From NCBI GenBank assembly GCA_043820265.1, contig JBDREA010000117.1, forward strand, positions 1 through 46,701: a stretch of 46,701 nucleotides of DNA. Reading direction: 5' to 3'. Position 1 is the first letter of the stretch. Every line of letters begins with the position of its first letter. The stretch is from Candidatus Altiarchaeota archaeon. Lineage in GTDB: Archaea > Altiarchaeota > Altiarchaeia > IMC4 > JBDREA01. Below the pieces are notes generated by a model that saw only the letters and a list, made by a program, of their open reading frames with translations, was not told the origin of the DNA and did not search any database. This document shows, one piece after another, positions 17,061 through 26,254 of the stretch. A program made the translations under genes and the position numbers.

Positions 17061-17113
17061 ATATATTGGAGGACATAAAAAAATAGTCCAGATGATTATG
17101 TCCTCCAATATAT
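17061..17113. repeat. Perfect 18-bp inverted repeat (ATATATTGGAGGACATAA / TTATGTCCTCCAATATAT) with a 17-nt spacer, abutting the previous hairpin
   Basis: Read directly. Its arms are related to those of the first hairpin (TTG.AGG.CATAA). Both spacers contain AGTCC. Confidence 0.85.
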
Positions 17114-17147
17114 ATTCAAAAAAAACAATCAATGGATGAAATAAAAG

Positions 17148-18104
17148 ATGAACGAGCTGAGAAAGGACTATCTTCTGGACCGTTGGGTCATCGTCGCATG
17201 CGATCGAGGTAAAAGACCAACAGACTTTGCGACTGCATCTGAGGGGAGCGAAGATAAGGTCTGCTTTTTTTGCCCGGGAAACGAGCACATGACTCCGCCC
17301 GAGATCTCTAGGATCGAAGAAGATGGAAAATGGATAATTCGGGTTTTCCCTAACAAGTTTCCTGCCGTAGACACTTCAGCTGGAGAATCATTTAAGGACT
17401 TCTTGGAGATGGTTCCGGTGTATGGATTGCATGAAGTGGTCGCTGAAACCAACGACCATGCCAAGACGTTGTCAGACATGCCCGTCGACCATCTGGTGAA
17501 GGTGTTTGATGTCTACATGGAGAGGATTAAGGAGTTGGAGAAGGATCCCAAATCAAAGTACGTCTCGGTCTTCAAAAACCACAAGAAGATAGCCGGGGCG
17601 TCACTTTCCCACAGCCACACACAGATCGTTTCAATCCCTGTTGTCCCCCCATTAGTGAAAGCAGAAGTTGAAGCGTCAAAGAGATACATCGAAGAACACA
17701 CATCCTGCCCCTTCTGCGACATCTGGAGGAAGGAGGCAAAAAGTGAAAGAGCAATCTTCGAGGACGAAAACGTTGTATCATTCGCACCTTACGCCAGCCG
17801 CTTCAACTTCGAAGCCTGGATTATCCCTAAAAGACACGTGAAAAACTTCAACGAACTCGAAGAAGAAGAAAAGCAGTCATTTGTAAGTGCATTAAAGACT
17901 ATACTCGAACGATTAAGGGACGGAATAGGTGATCCAGGGTACAACTTCTATTTACATTACTCACCCAACGGAGAAGATTTCCACTTCCACCTCGAACTAT
18001 GCCCAAGAATCGGAAAATGGGCTGGATTCGAACTGGCAACAGAAATCATAATCAACACGATGCCACCCGAGACTGCGGCTAAATTCTATCGAGGAGAAGA
18101 GTAA
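17148..18104 (+). CDS. Galactose-1-phosphate uridylyltransferase-family (GalT-type HIT) nucleotidyltransferase/phosphorylase
   Basis: N-terminal RKDYLLDRWVIVA..R..RP, the zinc motif CFFCPGNE and the active-site SLSHSHTQI (H-x-H-x-Q). Confidence 0.8.
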   Translation: MNELRKDYLLDRWVIVACDRGKRPTDFATASEGSEDKVCFFCPGNEHMTPPEISRIEEDGKWIIRVFPNKFPAVDTSAGESFKDFLEMVPVYGLHEVVAETNDHAKTLSDMPVDHLVKVFDVYMERIKELEKDPKSKYVSVFKNHKKIAGASLSHSHTQIVSIPVVPPLVKAEVEASKRYIEEHTSCPFCDIWRKEAKSERAIFEDENVVSFAPYASRFNFEAWIIPKRHVKNFNELEEEEKQSFVSALKTILERLRDGIGDPGYNFYLHYSPNGEDFHFHLELCPRIGKWAGFELATEIIINTMPPETAAKFYRGEE

Positions 18105-18143
18105 ATTTCATATTTCTAGATAGAATTCCTAGTTTCTAACGTT

Positions 18144-19037
18144 ATGGCGACTGTTAGAGTCAAACATCCCAAACACCCCAAGCCCTACGAGGGACCGATG
18201 GCGCAGTTAAAGGAGCTACCATTCGAAAAAACAGGCACTCCGGGGTGGGGTGGAGAGGATGACCTGATAGCTCCAATAATCCTTTTACCACTAAAACTTA
18301 AACCGAGTGATAGAGTGCTTGATGTAGGATGCGGACTTGGAAACCATATCGTACCCGCATCTTACCAGAAATTTCGGGGGAGTAAGGAGCTTGGAGTAAA
18401 GTTAGCCGTCGGAGTGGATATGGATGGATCAAATATCCGACTTGCAGAAGTGCTCGCCAGTGCATATCCTGAATTAAAAGGCATCCTTACAAGGTCATTA
18501 AAAAGACTCAGACATAACTTTCTTCATGCTAATTTGGGGGATGAATTCGAACAGAGCATTCGGGGGAAACTAGAATCTCTCGCAACGTTTAGTTCTCCTG
18601 AGGATGAATCAAAGACACCTAAGAATCTACAATTGATGAATTGTAACTTATATCATCTCCCGTTCCCGGATGATTCATTTGATAAAACATTGAACATTTC
18701 AGTAGCATCCTATATCAAAGACGAAACTAACCGTAGGAATATGCTAAAGGATCTGCTTAGAGTCACAAAGGAGGGAGGATTAATCCACATTTCATCCTTT
18801 GCTTACAATAAAGCTGATGGAAGTGCAATTAATGCTCCGGAAGAACTAAAGGAAATCGCAGAGAAATTAGGAGTTGAATTGAAAACACATAATTTTAAGT
18901 TTTTAACAACTGCAATCAGACACGGATATCCGCTTCGAATAGAAAAGGGAACATATAAGTTTGGAGGTCTTCAAGGTGCAGTGTATGAGATAAAAAGAAA
19001 AAGTCAACCTATTCCTTCCGGAGTCTTTCGAGATTAA
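18144..19037 (+). CDS. Class I SAM-dependent methyltransferase
   Basis: Motif I VLDVGCGLGNH and a later acidic and hydrophobic pattern (LPFPDDSFDKTL) typical of Methyltransf_11. Confidence 0.7.
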   Translation: MATVRVKHPKHPKPYEGPMAQLKELPFEKTGTPGWGGEDDLIAPIILLPLKLKPSDRVLDVGCGLGNHIVPASYQKFRGSKELGVKLAVGVDMDGSNIRLAEVLASAYPELKGILTRSLKRLRHNFLHANLGDEFEQSIRGKLESLATFSSPEDESKTPKNLQLMNCNLYHLPFPDDSFDKTLNISVASYIKDETNRRNMLKDLLRVTKEGGLIHISSFAYNKADGSAINAPEELKEIAEKLGVELKTHNFKFLTTAIRHGYPLRIEKGTYKFGGLQGAVYEIKRKSQPIPSGVFRD

Positions 19038-19042
19038 ATCGT

Positions 19043-19621
19043 TTACTTATCCAACCGCTCCAATGTCTCCACTATCTTTTCTGCTAATCCTTCCACTGTC
19101 TTCAATCCTATCTCGTCTTTTTCTGCGTCTCCCGGGTTTCTTCCGACTACTGCTCCGCCAAAGTGTGCGGTTCCCTTGTCTCCCACAACGATCATCTCAT
19201 TTATCAGCATCCAAGCATGGATGTTTTGGATGGTCAGCTCTTGTCCGCCGTTTCTGGATCCACCAATAGAAATCGCCCCTCCGATCTTCTTTGATAGCAT
19301 TAGCCCCTGCCTTCTAAGGGGGAGGGTGCGGTCTAAAACTGCTTTAAGTTTTCCAGTCATCCCCCCAAAGTAGACGGGAGAACCCACAATGATTGCATCA
19401 GATTTCTTCATTTCCTCCAAGATTGGATTCAAGTCGTCGTCGATCACACAGACGTCATGTTTTCGGCAAAAATCGCAGTCTCTGCAAAAGCCGATATCTT
19501 TTTCAGCCAAAGAGATGAAGCTAGTTTGTAAACCTGATTTCTCGCATTTCCCCAACGCATACTTTACCAAGAAATCAGTGTTTCCCTTCCGGTGACTCCC
19601 GCTGATGCCTAAAACCTTCAT
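19043..19621 (-). CDS. Iron-sulfur flavoprotein / NADPH-dependent FMN reductase family (Isf-like)
   Basis: MKVLGISGSHRKGNT flavodoxin-like FMN site, the compact Cys cluster CRDCDFCRKHDVC and SPVYFGGMTGKLK. Confidence 0.8.
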   Translation of the reverse strand: MKVLGISGSHRKGNTDFLVKYALGKCEKSGLQTSFISLAEKDIGFCRDCDFCRKHDVCVIDDDLNPILEEMKKSDAIIVGSPVYFGGMTGKLKAVLDRTLPLRRQGLMLSKKIGGAISIGGSRNGGQELTIQNIHAWMLINEMIVVGDKGTAHFGGAVVGRNPGDAEKDEIGLKTVEGLAEKIVETLERLDK

Positions 19622-19713
19622 TTCTGGCTTTTTATATACCCCGCAAAATATATAAGCAGGGTAGTCTGCAGGGTAAATGTGTTCTTTTTAAAAAAATCTC
19701 CGAAATAAGAAAA

Positions 19714-20334
19714 ATGACCGAGTTAGAAGATATCTGTTTGGCTATGGGAAAGCTGCAGGTGAAACAGGACCTTCATGTTTGGGCGACTCCAACCGCAGTC
19801 GTAAAGACCATGAAGCAGATCGATCCAAAAACAGATATGAGCGTTGACAAGATAGTTCATTTGATCCAGTACTCTGGAGGGGGCAAGATTTGCATCGCCT
19901 CGCTTAAAAGCACAATGGACCGGGGATTCGAAGTGAAGAAGGGATTGGGTGTCGTTGGAGGACGGGACTTTAAAATATGGGACGTTGTGTTAAGCCTTCG
20001 CCCGCATACCTGCAATTTTCCTGGAGGCATGACGTGTGATGCGAGAACCTGTAAATGCAAATCTTTAGTCGGATTAGCCCCTGAATACGAGGCATTAAGC
20101 GAAGAACAAAAAAGGAGGATGGGTTTAACTGGAGGAGAGATAAAAAAACCAGTTCAAGCCAACACTCAACCGGCGGTCAGATACTTCAAGAAAGGCGGAA
20201 AACTGTTTCGGGTCACGCAGGCTCCAACACAAAAGAGAAAGATCGTGGGATCGGCGCAACCCAACAACAGGATTCCAAGAAAACCGGGTACCCCTGGAAA
20301 AGTTGTAAGAAAGGTTGTCAAAAGAAAACGATAA
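19714..20334 (+). CDS. Hypothetical protein (206 aa) with a Cys cluster and a highly basic C-terminal tail
   Basis: Clean ATG ORF. It contains HTCNFPGGMTCDARTCKCKS and a tail RIPRKPGTPGKVVRKVVKRKR. No family recognised. Confidence 0.5.
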   Translation: MTELEDICLAMGKLQVKQDLHVWATPTAVVKTMKQIDPKTDMSVDKIVHLIQYSGGGKICIASLKSTMDRGFEVKKGLGVVGGRDFKIWDVVLSLRPHTCNFPGGMTCDARTCKCKSLVGLAPEYEALSEEQKRRMGLTGGEIKKPVQANTQPAVRYFKKGGKLFRVTQAPTQKRKIVGSAQPNNRIPRKPGTPGKVVRKVVKRKR

Positions 20335-20338
20335 AAAT

Positions 20339-21940
20339 TCACAAAACATATTTCGCAAACATTACCTTTGATTTCCTTATCATTTTGTTTGTGGGATCAG
20401 TCATCTTTCTAATGTCTTTGATAAGGTCGTCGAATTTTTGGCGCTCTTCCTCTGAGAGCAGGTCCTTGTTTTCCTGCTTGTGTTTTACTGTGGTTTGTCC
20501 CTGATCTCCCTGGTAGCCAGAATCCATGATGATGCTTGCAAGGCCGCCAGATCTCTCTTTTTTATCGTCTTCGTCATCCGTTTTCTCGATCAATTTCTTT
20601 TTTACCGACCCATACCATTGGGGAAGAGATGACTTCGCCTCCTTCATGGCTTTTCTGAAGTCTCTGAATGTTATCGGTCTTTCAATTCCTGTCTTTAAAG
20701 CTTCCCTCCAGGGAATAGATGCGGCAGAATCGCATAAAGCAGCGATATCCGCGTTTGAGTAACCTTCGGTCATCCTTGCAATCCGTCCTATATTCAGCCG
20801 CTTTGAGACTGGGCGGTTTTTCAGGTTGATCCTGACAACTCCCGCTCTGGTTTTTTTGTCGGGCTCCGGAAAATAGATTAGCTTTGAGAAACGCCCGGCT
20901 CGTCTAAGCGCAGAATCCACTTCCCAAGGGGCGTTGGTGGCGCCAATTACCAGGACTCCGTCGTTGTTGTATTCGGCGCCGTCCATCTCTGTTAGAAACT
21001 GGTTTATCGCCCTTTTTTCGAAGCTTTGACCCATGTCCTCCCTTTTTCCCCCAAGGCCGTCGATTTCGTCAAAGAAGAGGATAGAAGGTGTATGGTTTCG
21101 ACCCGTCATAAATGCTCGGTGAGTGTTCTTTTCTGTGTTTCCGGCATACATGTCGACTATGTCGCTCATCTTGACAGCTATGAAGCCGGCTTGTATGTCT
21201 TTGCCTTGGCGCTTCAACTCCTTTGTGATTTCACCAACCCCTGCCTTGGTGATGAAGGTCTTACCGCATCCTGGAGGGCCATAGAAGATGATTCCGCCTC
21301 CGGCGGTTTTCCCATATCTCTTAGAGAGTTCAGGTTGAGCTAATGGATAGATAAGGGCTTCTTTTAGCTTCTCTTTGGTTTTATCGAGACCGGCTACATC
21401 TTTGAAAAGCATGTCAGGATAGAGTATGTCGAATTCTTTGTTAATGTCTACTTCGCCTTCACCTCCTTCCCCTCCGCCGCCTCCGACGCCTACTGCACCC
21501 GGAGCAGGCCCGTATCCGGGGACTGCCCCTGGAACGCCTCCCTGGGCGATGCTTGCCTTTTTTCCTTGAGCAACGTCTTTTTGGCTAGTGGCTTTAGTAT
21601 AGTTTGGATCGATCTCCAGTGCTTTATCATAGTCTTCGATGGCCCGGTCGTATTCCAGTTTGTATTCGCGGACCAGTCCCCTGGTATAGAACGCTTCTGC
21701 GAGGTTAGGGTTCAGCTCGATTACCTTGTTTAGATCCTCTATCGCTTTGTCGTATTGCTGAAGCCGGGTGTGGGCTAGCCCCCTATTGAAATAGGTTTCC
21801 AGAAGATCTGGTCTGAGCTCCAATGCTTTGTCGTAGTGTTCGATGGACTTCTGGAATTCCCCGAGCTTATAGTAGTCGTTTCCCAGATTATGGTATTCGT
21901 GCTCCAAATCAGGCTCAAATATTCGTCTTTTATAGTCCAT
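20339..21940 (-). CDS. TPR-repeat / AAA+ ATPase fusion protein
   Basis: Three to four N-terminal TPRs (YHNLGNDYYKLGEFQKSIEHYDKALELRPD and following). A Gly/Pro-rich linker. Walker A GPPGCGKT (nt 21257-21280) and Walker B ILFFDEIDGL. A classic-clade AAA second region of homology (ATNAPWEVDSALRRAGRF). Confidence 0.85.
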   Translation of the reverse strand: MDYKRRIFEPDLEHEYHNLGNDYYKLGEFQKSIEHYDKALELRPDLLETYFNRGLAHTRLQQYDKAIEDLNKVIELNPNLAEAFYTRGLVREYKLEYDRAIEDYDKALEIDPNYTKATSQKDVAQGKKASIAQGGVPGAVPGYGPAPGAVGVGGGGGEGGEGEVDINKEFDILYPDMLFKDVAGLDKTKEKLKEALIYPLAQPELSKRYGKTAGGGIIFYGPPGCGKTFITKAGVGEITKELKRQGKDIQAGFIAVKMSDIVDMYAGNTEKNTHRAFMTGRNHTPSILFFDEIDGLGGKREDMGQSFEKRAINQFLTEMDGAEYNNDGVLVIGATNAPWEVDSALRRAGRFSKLIYFPEPDKKTRAGVVRINLKNRPVSKRLNIGRIARMTEGYSNADIAALCDSAASIPWREALKTGIERPITFRDFRKAMKEAKSSLPQWYGSVKKKLIEKTDDEDDKKERSGGLASIIMDSGYQGDQGQTTVKHKQENKDLLSEEERQKFDDLIKDIRKMTDPTNKMIRKSKVMFAKYVL

Positions 21941-21995
21941 CTTTTAAATTCAAAGAACACAGCCATCTAATTATTTAACCTCTTAAATATTAAGG

Positions 21996-23333
21996 ATGAA
22001 AAATCGACGGGAATTCCTCATCACGATCATCGGGGGATACGGAGGCATGGGTTCATTGATGGCAAGGGTCTTTTTAGAGGACGGCCATAGCGTTGTCTTG
22101 GCGGGCCCCAACCCAGTAAAGGGAAAGGCAAAGGCAAAAGAATTGGGGGGGAAAACCAGATTCGAAAAAGACAATAGAAAAGCCGTCTCCAACGCAGACA
22201 TAGTCATTATCACGGTGCCGATGGAGGCGACTTCCAAGATCATTTCAGAGATTGCGCCACATGTGAAGGAGGGCGCTTTACTAACCGATTTGACCTCCGT
22301 AAAACAGGAGCCCTGCAGGTTGATGGCCGAGAATAGTAAAAAAGGGGTCGAGGTCGTCGGATGCCACCCCATCTTCGGGCCAAGACTCTCAAACATCACA
22401 GGACAAGCTTTCATACTATGTCCGGTGAGGGGGGAGAAATGGTTTTTGTGGCTGAAAGAATTCCTTGAGTCAAAAAAAGCCAAGGTCTTCACCTCCACGC
22501 CTGAAAACCACGACCACACGATGGCGGTCATCCAGGGGCTCACACACTTCAGCTACATCTCATTTGGTAAAACACTTGATAACTTGGGTTTCAACGTCAG
22601 GGAATCAAGAAATTTTTCGTCTCCCGTATACGACATGATGCTAGACATGGTCGGCCGCATACTAGGGCAGAACCCCAATCTTTACGCCGAGATCCAGATG
22701 GAGAACCCCGAGATCCCAAAGATCCATGAAGCGTTTTTGAAGGCGGCTTCTGAGTTGAGTGGATATGTTAAAGCAGGGGACAGAAGTAGCTTTGTAAAAT
22801 ATATGAGGGCCGCCGCTGTTAACTTCGGGGACGTCGAAGAGGCGATGGGCCGAAGCGACAAGGCGACTTCCGCCCTTGTTGCGGAGCTTGAATGGCTTAA
22901 GCATTCGGTCGGAAAAGAGATCTGTCTCAAACACATCTATTCCAAGACGATCCACTTTGGAAGGTTAATCGAAGTATCGGCTGATGAGGTCGTATTGGAG
23001 GACAAGGGTAAAAAAACCAGGCTGAAATCCTCCAATCTCAAGGTGATTGAGGGGGGAGAAGAAACGGATTTCCTAAGAGAAAAGTTCGGGATTACTAGAA
23101 GGGATTACTCCTACATTTTCCCGAATGCAGTTGATGAAAGACTTGTATCCGATCTCGCGAAAGACTTCATCGACATACTTATGTGCGACATCAAAGACGT
23201 CTACACCGGGAAAGGAGTCAACGAGGAGTGTAAGAGCGTCTGCTTTTCTGTTGAATTCCTCCAGAGAGACGTGAAGGAACGAGACGTTGAGATCTCATCG
23301 TTTTTCGAGAGATTGGGGGGAACGCGAAGGTGA
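21996..23333 (+). CDS. tyrA: Prephenate dehydrogenase with a C-terminal FDX-ACB-like (ferredoxin-fold anticodon-binding) domain
   Basis: Rossmann motif ITIIGGYGGMG and the catalytic region VVGCHPIFGP. The C-terminal RRDYSYIF...DVYTGKGVNEECKSVCFSVEFLQRD closely resembles the PheT FDX-ACB block RRDia.vv...fDVYrGkgv.eG.KSla.sl.lQd. Confidence 0.85.
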   Translation: MKNRREFLITIIGGYGGMGSLMARVFLEDGHSVVLAGPNPVKGKAKAKELGGKTRFEKDNRKAVSNADIVIITVPMEATSKIISEIAPHVKEGALLTDLTSVKQEPCRLMAENSKKGVEVVGCHPIFGPRLSNITGQAFILCPVRGEKWFLWLKEFLESKKAKVFTSTPENHDHTMAVIQGLTHFSYISFGKTLDNLGFNVRESRNFSSPVYDMMLDMVGRILGQNPNLYAEIQMENPEIPKIHEAFLKAASELSGYVKAGDRSSFVKYMRAAAVNFGDVEEAMGRSDKATSALVAELEWLKHSVGKEICLKHIYSKTIHFGRLIEVSADEVVLEDKGKKTRLKSSNLKVIEGGEETDFLREKFGITRRDYSYIFPNAVDERLVSDLAKDFIDILMCDIKDVYTGKGVNEECKSVCFSVEFLQRDVKERDVEISSFFERLGGTRR

Positions 23334-23827
23334 AGACTTTGATAGCAGTCATCGGCTCAGACGGAAAGATAACAGATGAAACCAGATCTGCCGCTGAATT
23401 GATCGGGGCAGATATTGCAAAAGCAGGTTGCGTCCTTGTCTGCGGGGGACATGGAGGTGTGATGGAGGCAGCTTGTAAAGGTGCAAAGGAACAGGGCGGA
23501 CTGACAGTTGGAATACTATCTGAGCTAGATAAAAGCGCAGCCAACAGATTTGTTGACATTGCCATCCCAACTAGTTATGGTTTTGCCAGAAACACGCTAG
23601 TGGTTTCATCTGCCGATGCAGTCATCGGACTAGCTGGAAGTGTGGGAACACTTTCCGAGGTGGCTTTCGCCCTCAACTACGACAAACCGGTTTTTCTGGT
23701 GAAAGGAACAGGAGGCATAGCCGATGCGATGCTTAACGAGATCCCGAACAACCGGGGGCCGCCCATAAAAGTTGAGAAAGTCTCAGCCGAAGAAGCGGTC
23801 AGTATCGCGTTAAAATCCATTGATTAG
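23330..23827 (+). CDS. TIGR00725-family SLOG/LOG-like Rossmann protein
   Basis: VCGGHGGVMEAACKGAKEQGGLTVGIL and GSVGTLSEVAFAL blocks. GTG start overlapping the tyrA stop (GTGA). Confidence 0.75.
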   Translation: MKTLIAVIGSDGKITDETRSAAELIGADIAKAGCVLVCGGHGGVMEAACKGAKEQGGLTVGILSELDKSAANRFVDIAIPTSYGFARNTLVVSSADAVIGLAGSVGTLSEVAFALNYDKPVFLVKGTGGIADAMLNEIPNNRGPPIKVEKVSAEEAVSIALKSID

Positions 23828-23830
23828 GAT

Positions 23831-24682
23831 TTATTCATTTGGTTTTGTTGCAACAATCAGTTTGTAGTTTCTGAGATAGCTGAGTGGTGGCACTGAACCA
23901 ATAGCTCCAGCGTGTTCGATTGCGCCTGGATTAACTCTTCTCGTCTTAACTTCATAGCCTAGTTCTCTAAGTAACCTCTTCAAATGCCTACCCCCTCCCT
24001 GATAGATTAAACCTTCTCTTTCGAGGTTTACACTCTTTTCGGGTGCAGAATCTTCGGATTTTGGATGCACCCCCATAGCTTTGCGAGTTTTCTTGGAGCC
24101 TATTGAATACCCATGTGTGAGGATGAAAATCTTCCCCCCAGGCCTTAATACCCTGTCGGCTTCCGCAAGGGTTTTTCGATGATCCATGTGGCCGATTGAT
24201 TCGGGATACAGGATTCCATCAAAGCTCTGATCCGGGAACATTAACTCTTCTCCACTCATTTGATGGGCTTCTAGTCCCCTCTCCTTGGCTTTGGATATAA
24301 ATTCATCTACAAGCTCAACTCCCGTTACATTAAACCCTCTTGCGATTAGAATTCGTTCAATATGCGCTGTGCCAAATCCTATGGAAAGCAAATCAGATTT
24401 ATCTTGCATGCCCCTAATTATTCTATCTGCAACCCAATCACCAAAACCAGGATAACGCACAATATCCGAGAGGAAGCGATCACCCCCACCATATGGATGT
24501 CGCCTATGGGGGCTGACCACAGCCCTTCGGGCGAAGACACCATATGTTGCTCGAGTGTGGCTTTCACGCCTACCAGTGTGAAGTAGTTCATCTACTTGAG
24601 ATTGTCTCGGAGATGTTGCAACGGCTTTATCGACAACTTGATGTGTTGTTGTCCTCCTATTCCTTACCTGGACATCTGCCAT
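23831..24682 (-). CDS. Class I SAM-dependent methyltransferase (Methyltransf_11-like) with an Arg/His-rich N-terminal extension
   Basis: LLSIGFGTAHIE (motif I variant), VTGVELVDEFI, PDQSFDGIL and LRPGGKIFI. The true start could be internal. Confidence 0.65.
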   Translation of the reverse strand: MADVQVRNRRTTTHQVVDKAVATSPRQSQVDELLHTGRRESHTRATYGVFARRAVVSPHRRHPYGGGDRFLSDIVRYPGFGDWVADRIIRGMQDKSDLLSIGFGTAHIERILIARGFNVTGVELVDEFISKAKERGLEAHQMSGEELMFPDQSFDGILYPESIGHMDHRKTLAEADRVLRPGGKIFILTHGYSIGSKKTRKAMGVHPKSEDSAPEKSVNLEREGLIYQGGGRHLKRLLRELGYEVKTRRVNPGAIEHAGAIGSVPPLSYLRNYKLIVATKPNE

Positions 24683-24735
24683 TTTATAGTATTTATTAGG
24701 AAGGCCGCGTTAATTAGAGACGGTATTTTGAGAAA

Positions 24736-25632
24736 ATGATGGAAGTTAAAGGAACACTCATCGAGGACACATATTGCGAAGCGTTTGACGGACTATGTTC
24801 GAGGTTGATGATAACTGCACTTGACGAAAAACGAGTTAAAAGAGCTGCCTATGATTCTACCGCACTTCCTTGCACGGTTTTCGGCGAGGCCGAGGGAGGC
24901 GTGGAGAAGTTTCTCTCGGAGGATGAGACTCCCGACGGCCGGCCCGGAGCTATCATCCAGTTGTGGGTTGGAAAGTCAAAAAAGGCCCGCGAACAGTTGG
25001 AGTATGAACTCGGAAAAAGGATTCGCCAAGGAATTCTCGTAGTCCCCACTTCTAGCGTTTACAATGCATTAGACTCAGATGAAAAATTCGATACCATGTT
25101 TCGCATCGGTAACTGCGGGGACGGATACGAATTCGTTGAGGAATACAAAGGGAGGACGATGATCAATGTCCCCATCATGATGGGTGCGTTCCGGATTGAA
25201 AAAGAGGTTGGGATCGCACCCGGTATTATGGGCGGCAATCTCTGGTTCATGTGCGACTCAGAAATAAACGGGCTTAAGGTCTGCGACATCGCAGGGAAAG
25301 CGGTGGAGAAAATTGAAGGAGTCGTCGCGTCATTTCGGGAAGGATGTTCTGCAGGAAGCAAGGCAGGGGGAAAATACGAACACATCGGGCCCTCGACGAA
25401 TCACCCGTTCTGCCCCACCCTAAAAGGAAAAATCAGCGACTTCGAAGTCCCAGACGGAGTCGAATCCATCCCAGAAATCGTCCTAAACGGATTGACACTG
25501 GAAAATGTAAAGGAAGCAATGGCATCGATCATGAAAGAAATCGCGGGAACCGAAGGACTTATAAAGATCAGCGCAGGAAACTACGGCGGAAAACTGGGAA
25601 GACACCACATACAACTAAAGGATTTGGCTTGA
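24736..25632 (+). CDS. ftr: Formylmethanofuran:tetrahydromethanopterin N-formyltransferase
   Basis: The N-terminal IEDTYCEAF....SRLMITA and the C-terminal KISAGNYGGKLGRHHIQLKDLA closely match the remembered Ftr sequences (IEDTFAEAF...; KISAGNFGGKLGQYEIHLHDLF). Length 298 aa. Confidence 0.9.
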   Translation: MMEVKGTLIEDTYCEAFDGLCSRLMITALDEKRVKRAAYDSTALPCTVFGEAEGGVEKFLSEDETPDGRPGAIIQLWVGKSKKAREQLEYELGKRIRQGILVVPTSSVYNALDSDEKFDTMFRIGNCGDGYEFVEEYKGRTMINVPIMMGAFRIEKEVGIAPGIMGGNLWFMCDSEINGLKVCDIAGKAVEKIEGVVASFREGCSAGSKAGGKYEHIGPSTNHPFCPTLKGKISDFEVPDGVESIPEIVLNGLTLENVKEAMASIMKEIAGTEGLIKISAGNYGGKLGRHHIQLKDLA

Positions 25633-25645
25633 GATTATCCATTTT

Positions 25646-25668
25646 TATAGTTATATTCTATAGTTATA
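25646..25668 (+). promoter_or_regulatory. Direct repeat TATAGTTATA x2 (3-nt spacer) immediately upstream of vapB; candidate TATA box and/or antitoxin operator
   Basis: Read directly at 25646-25655 and 25659-25668. The ATG is at 25672. Confidence 0.4.
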
Positions 25669-25671
25669 GTT

Positions 25672-25872
25672 ATGGCAACGAGTATTATGGTCGACGAACG
25701 GACGCTTCAGACCCTAAAGGAGTTGAAGTCAAAGTATCAGGCGAAAAGCTACGACGAAACACTGACTTATCTCATCACCAAGACCACGGACATTCCTAAA
25801 TCTAATTTTGGCACCCACCCCCGCATGAAGTCCTTCACCCGAAAAGACAGGAGCAGCTTCCATGACCTCTAG
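25672..25872 (+). CDS. vapB: VapB-type antitoxin (archaeal COG1753/PF02697-like)
   Basis: IMVDERTLQTLKELKSKYQAKSYDETLTYLI matches the I.v.ee....L..lK....Sy.e.i..Li pattern. It is 66 aa and overlaps the downstream PIN gene by 11 nt. Confidence 0.7.
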   Translation: MATSIMVDERTLQTLKELKSKYQAKSYDETLTYLITKTTDIPKSNFGTHPRMKSFTRKDRSSFHDL

Positions 25873-26251
25873 ATACGTCATCGACTCCTACGCCTGGATA
25901 GAATACTTCAAAGGTAGCAAAGCGGGAGAGCAAGCAAAAAGGTACATCGAAGAGGAGGTATCACTCACACCCGCCATCGTGCTCGCAGAATTATCTGACA
26001 AATACACCCGCGACGGACTCGACTTCCTCGAAGACGACCTCTCCTTCATCCGCTCCAAATCTCAGATAATCCCCTTAGACGGAGACCTCGCCCACAAAGC
26101 AGGCCTCCTCAACGCCACCATGCGCAAAGAAGTCCCCGGGTGGGGCATGGCCGACTCCATCATACTCGCCATCGGCCAAAAACACAACGCCCAAGTCGTC
26201 ACCGGCGACAAACACTTCGAAAAAATCAAAGAAGCAATCCTCATAGACTAA
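25862..26251 (+). CDS. vapC: PIN-domain ribonuclease toxin VapC
   Basis: The acidic residues are placed as in PIN domains (VIDSYAW, LAELSDK, MADSIILA, VTGDKHF). 129 aa. Confidence 0.8.
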   Translation: MTSRYVIDSYAWIEYFKGSKAGEQAKRYIEEEVSLTPAIVLAELSDKYTRDGLDFLEDDLSFIRSKSQIIPLDGDLAHKAGLLNATMRKEVPGWGMADSIILAIGQKHNAQVVTGDKHFEKIKEAILID

Positions 26252-26254
26252 AAA

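Noticed and set aside
21983-22543. 186-aa ORF antisense to tyrA
   Set aside because: It is the shadow of a well-supported gene and has no recognisable family.
25344-25799. 151-aa highly basic ORF spanning the ftr 3' end and the vapB start
   Set aside because: It is an alternative frame of ftr and vapB with an Arg/Lys/Asn-rich composition. Both overlapped genes are well supported.
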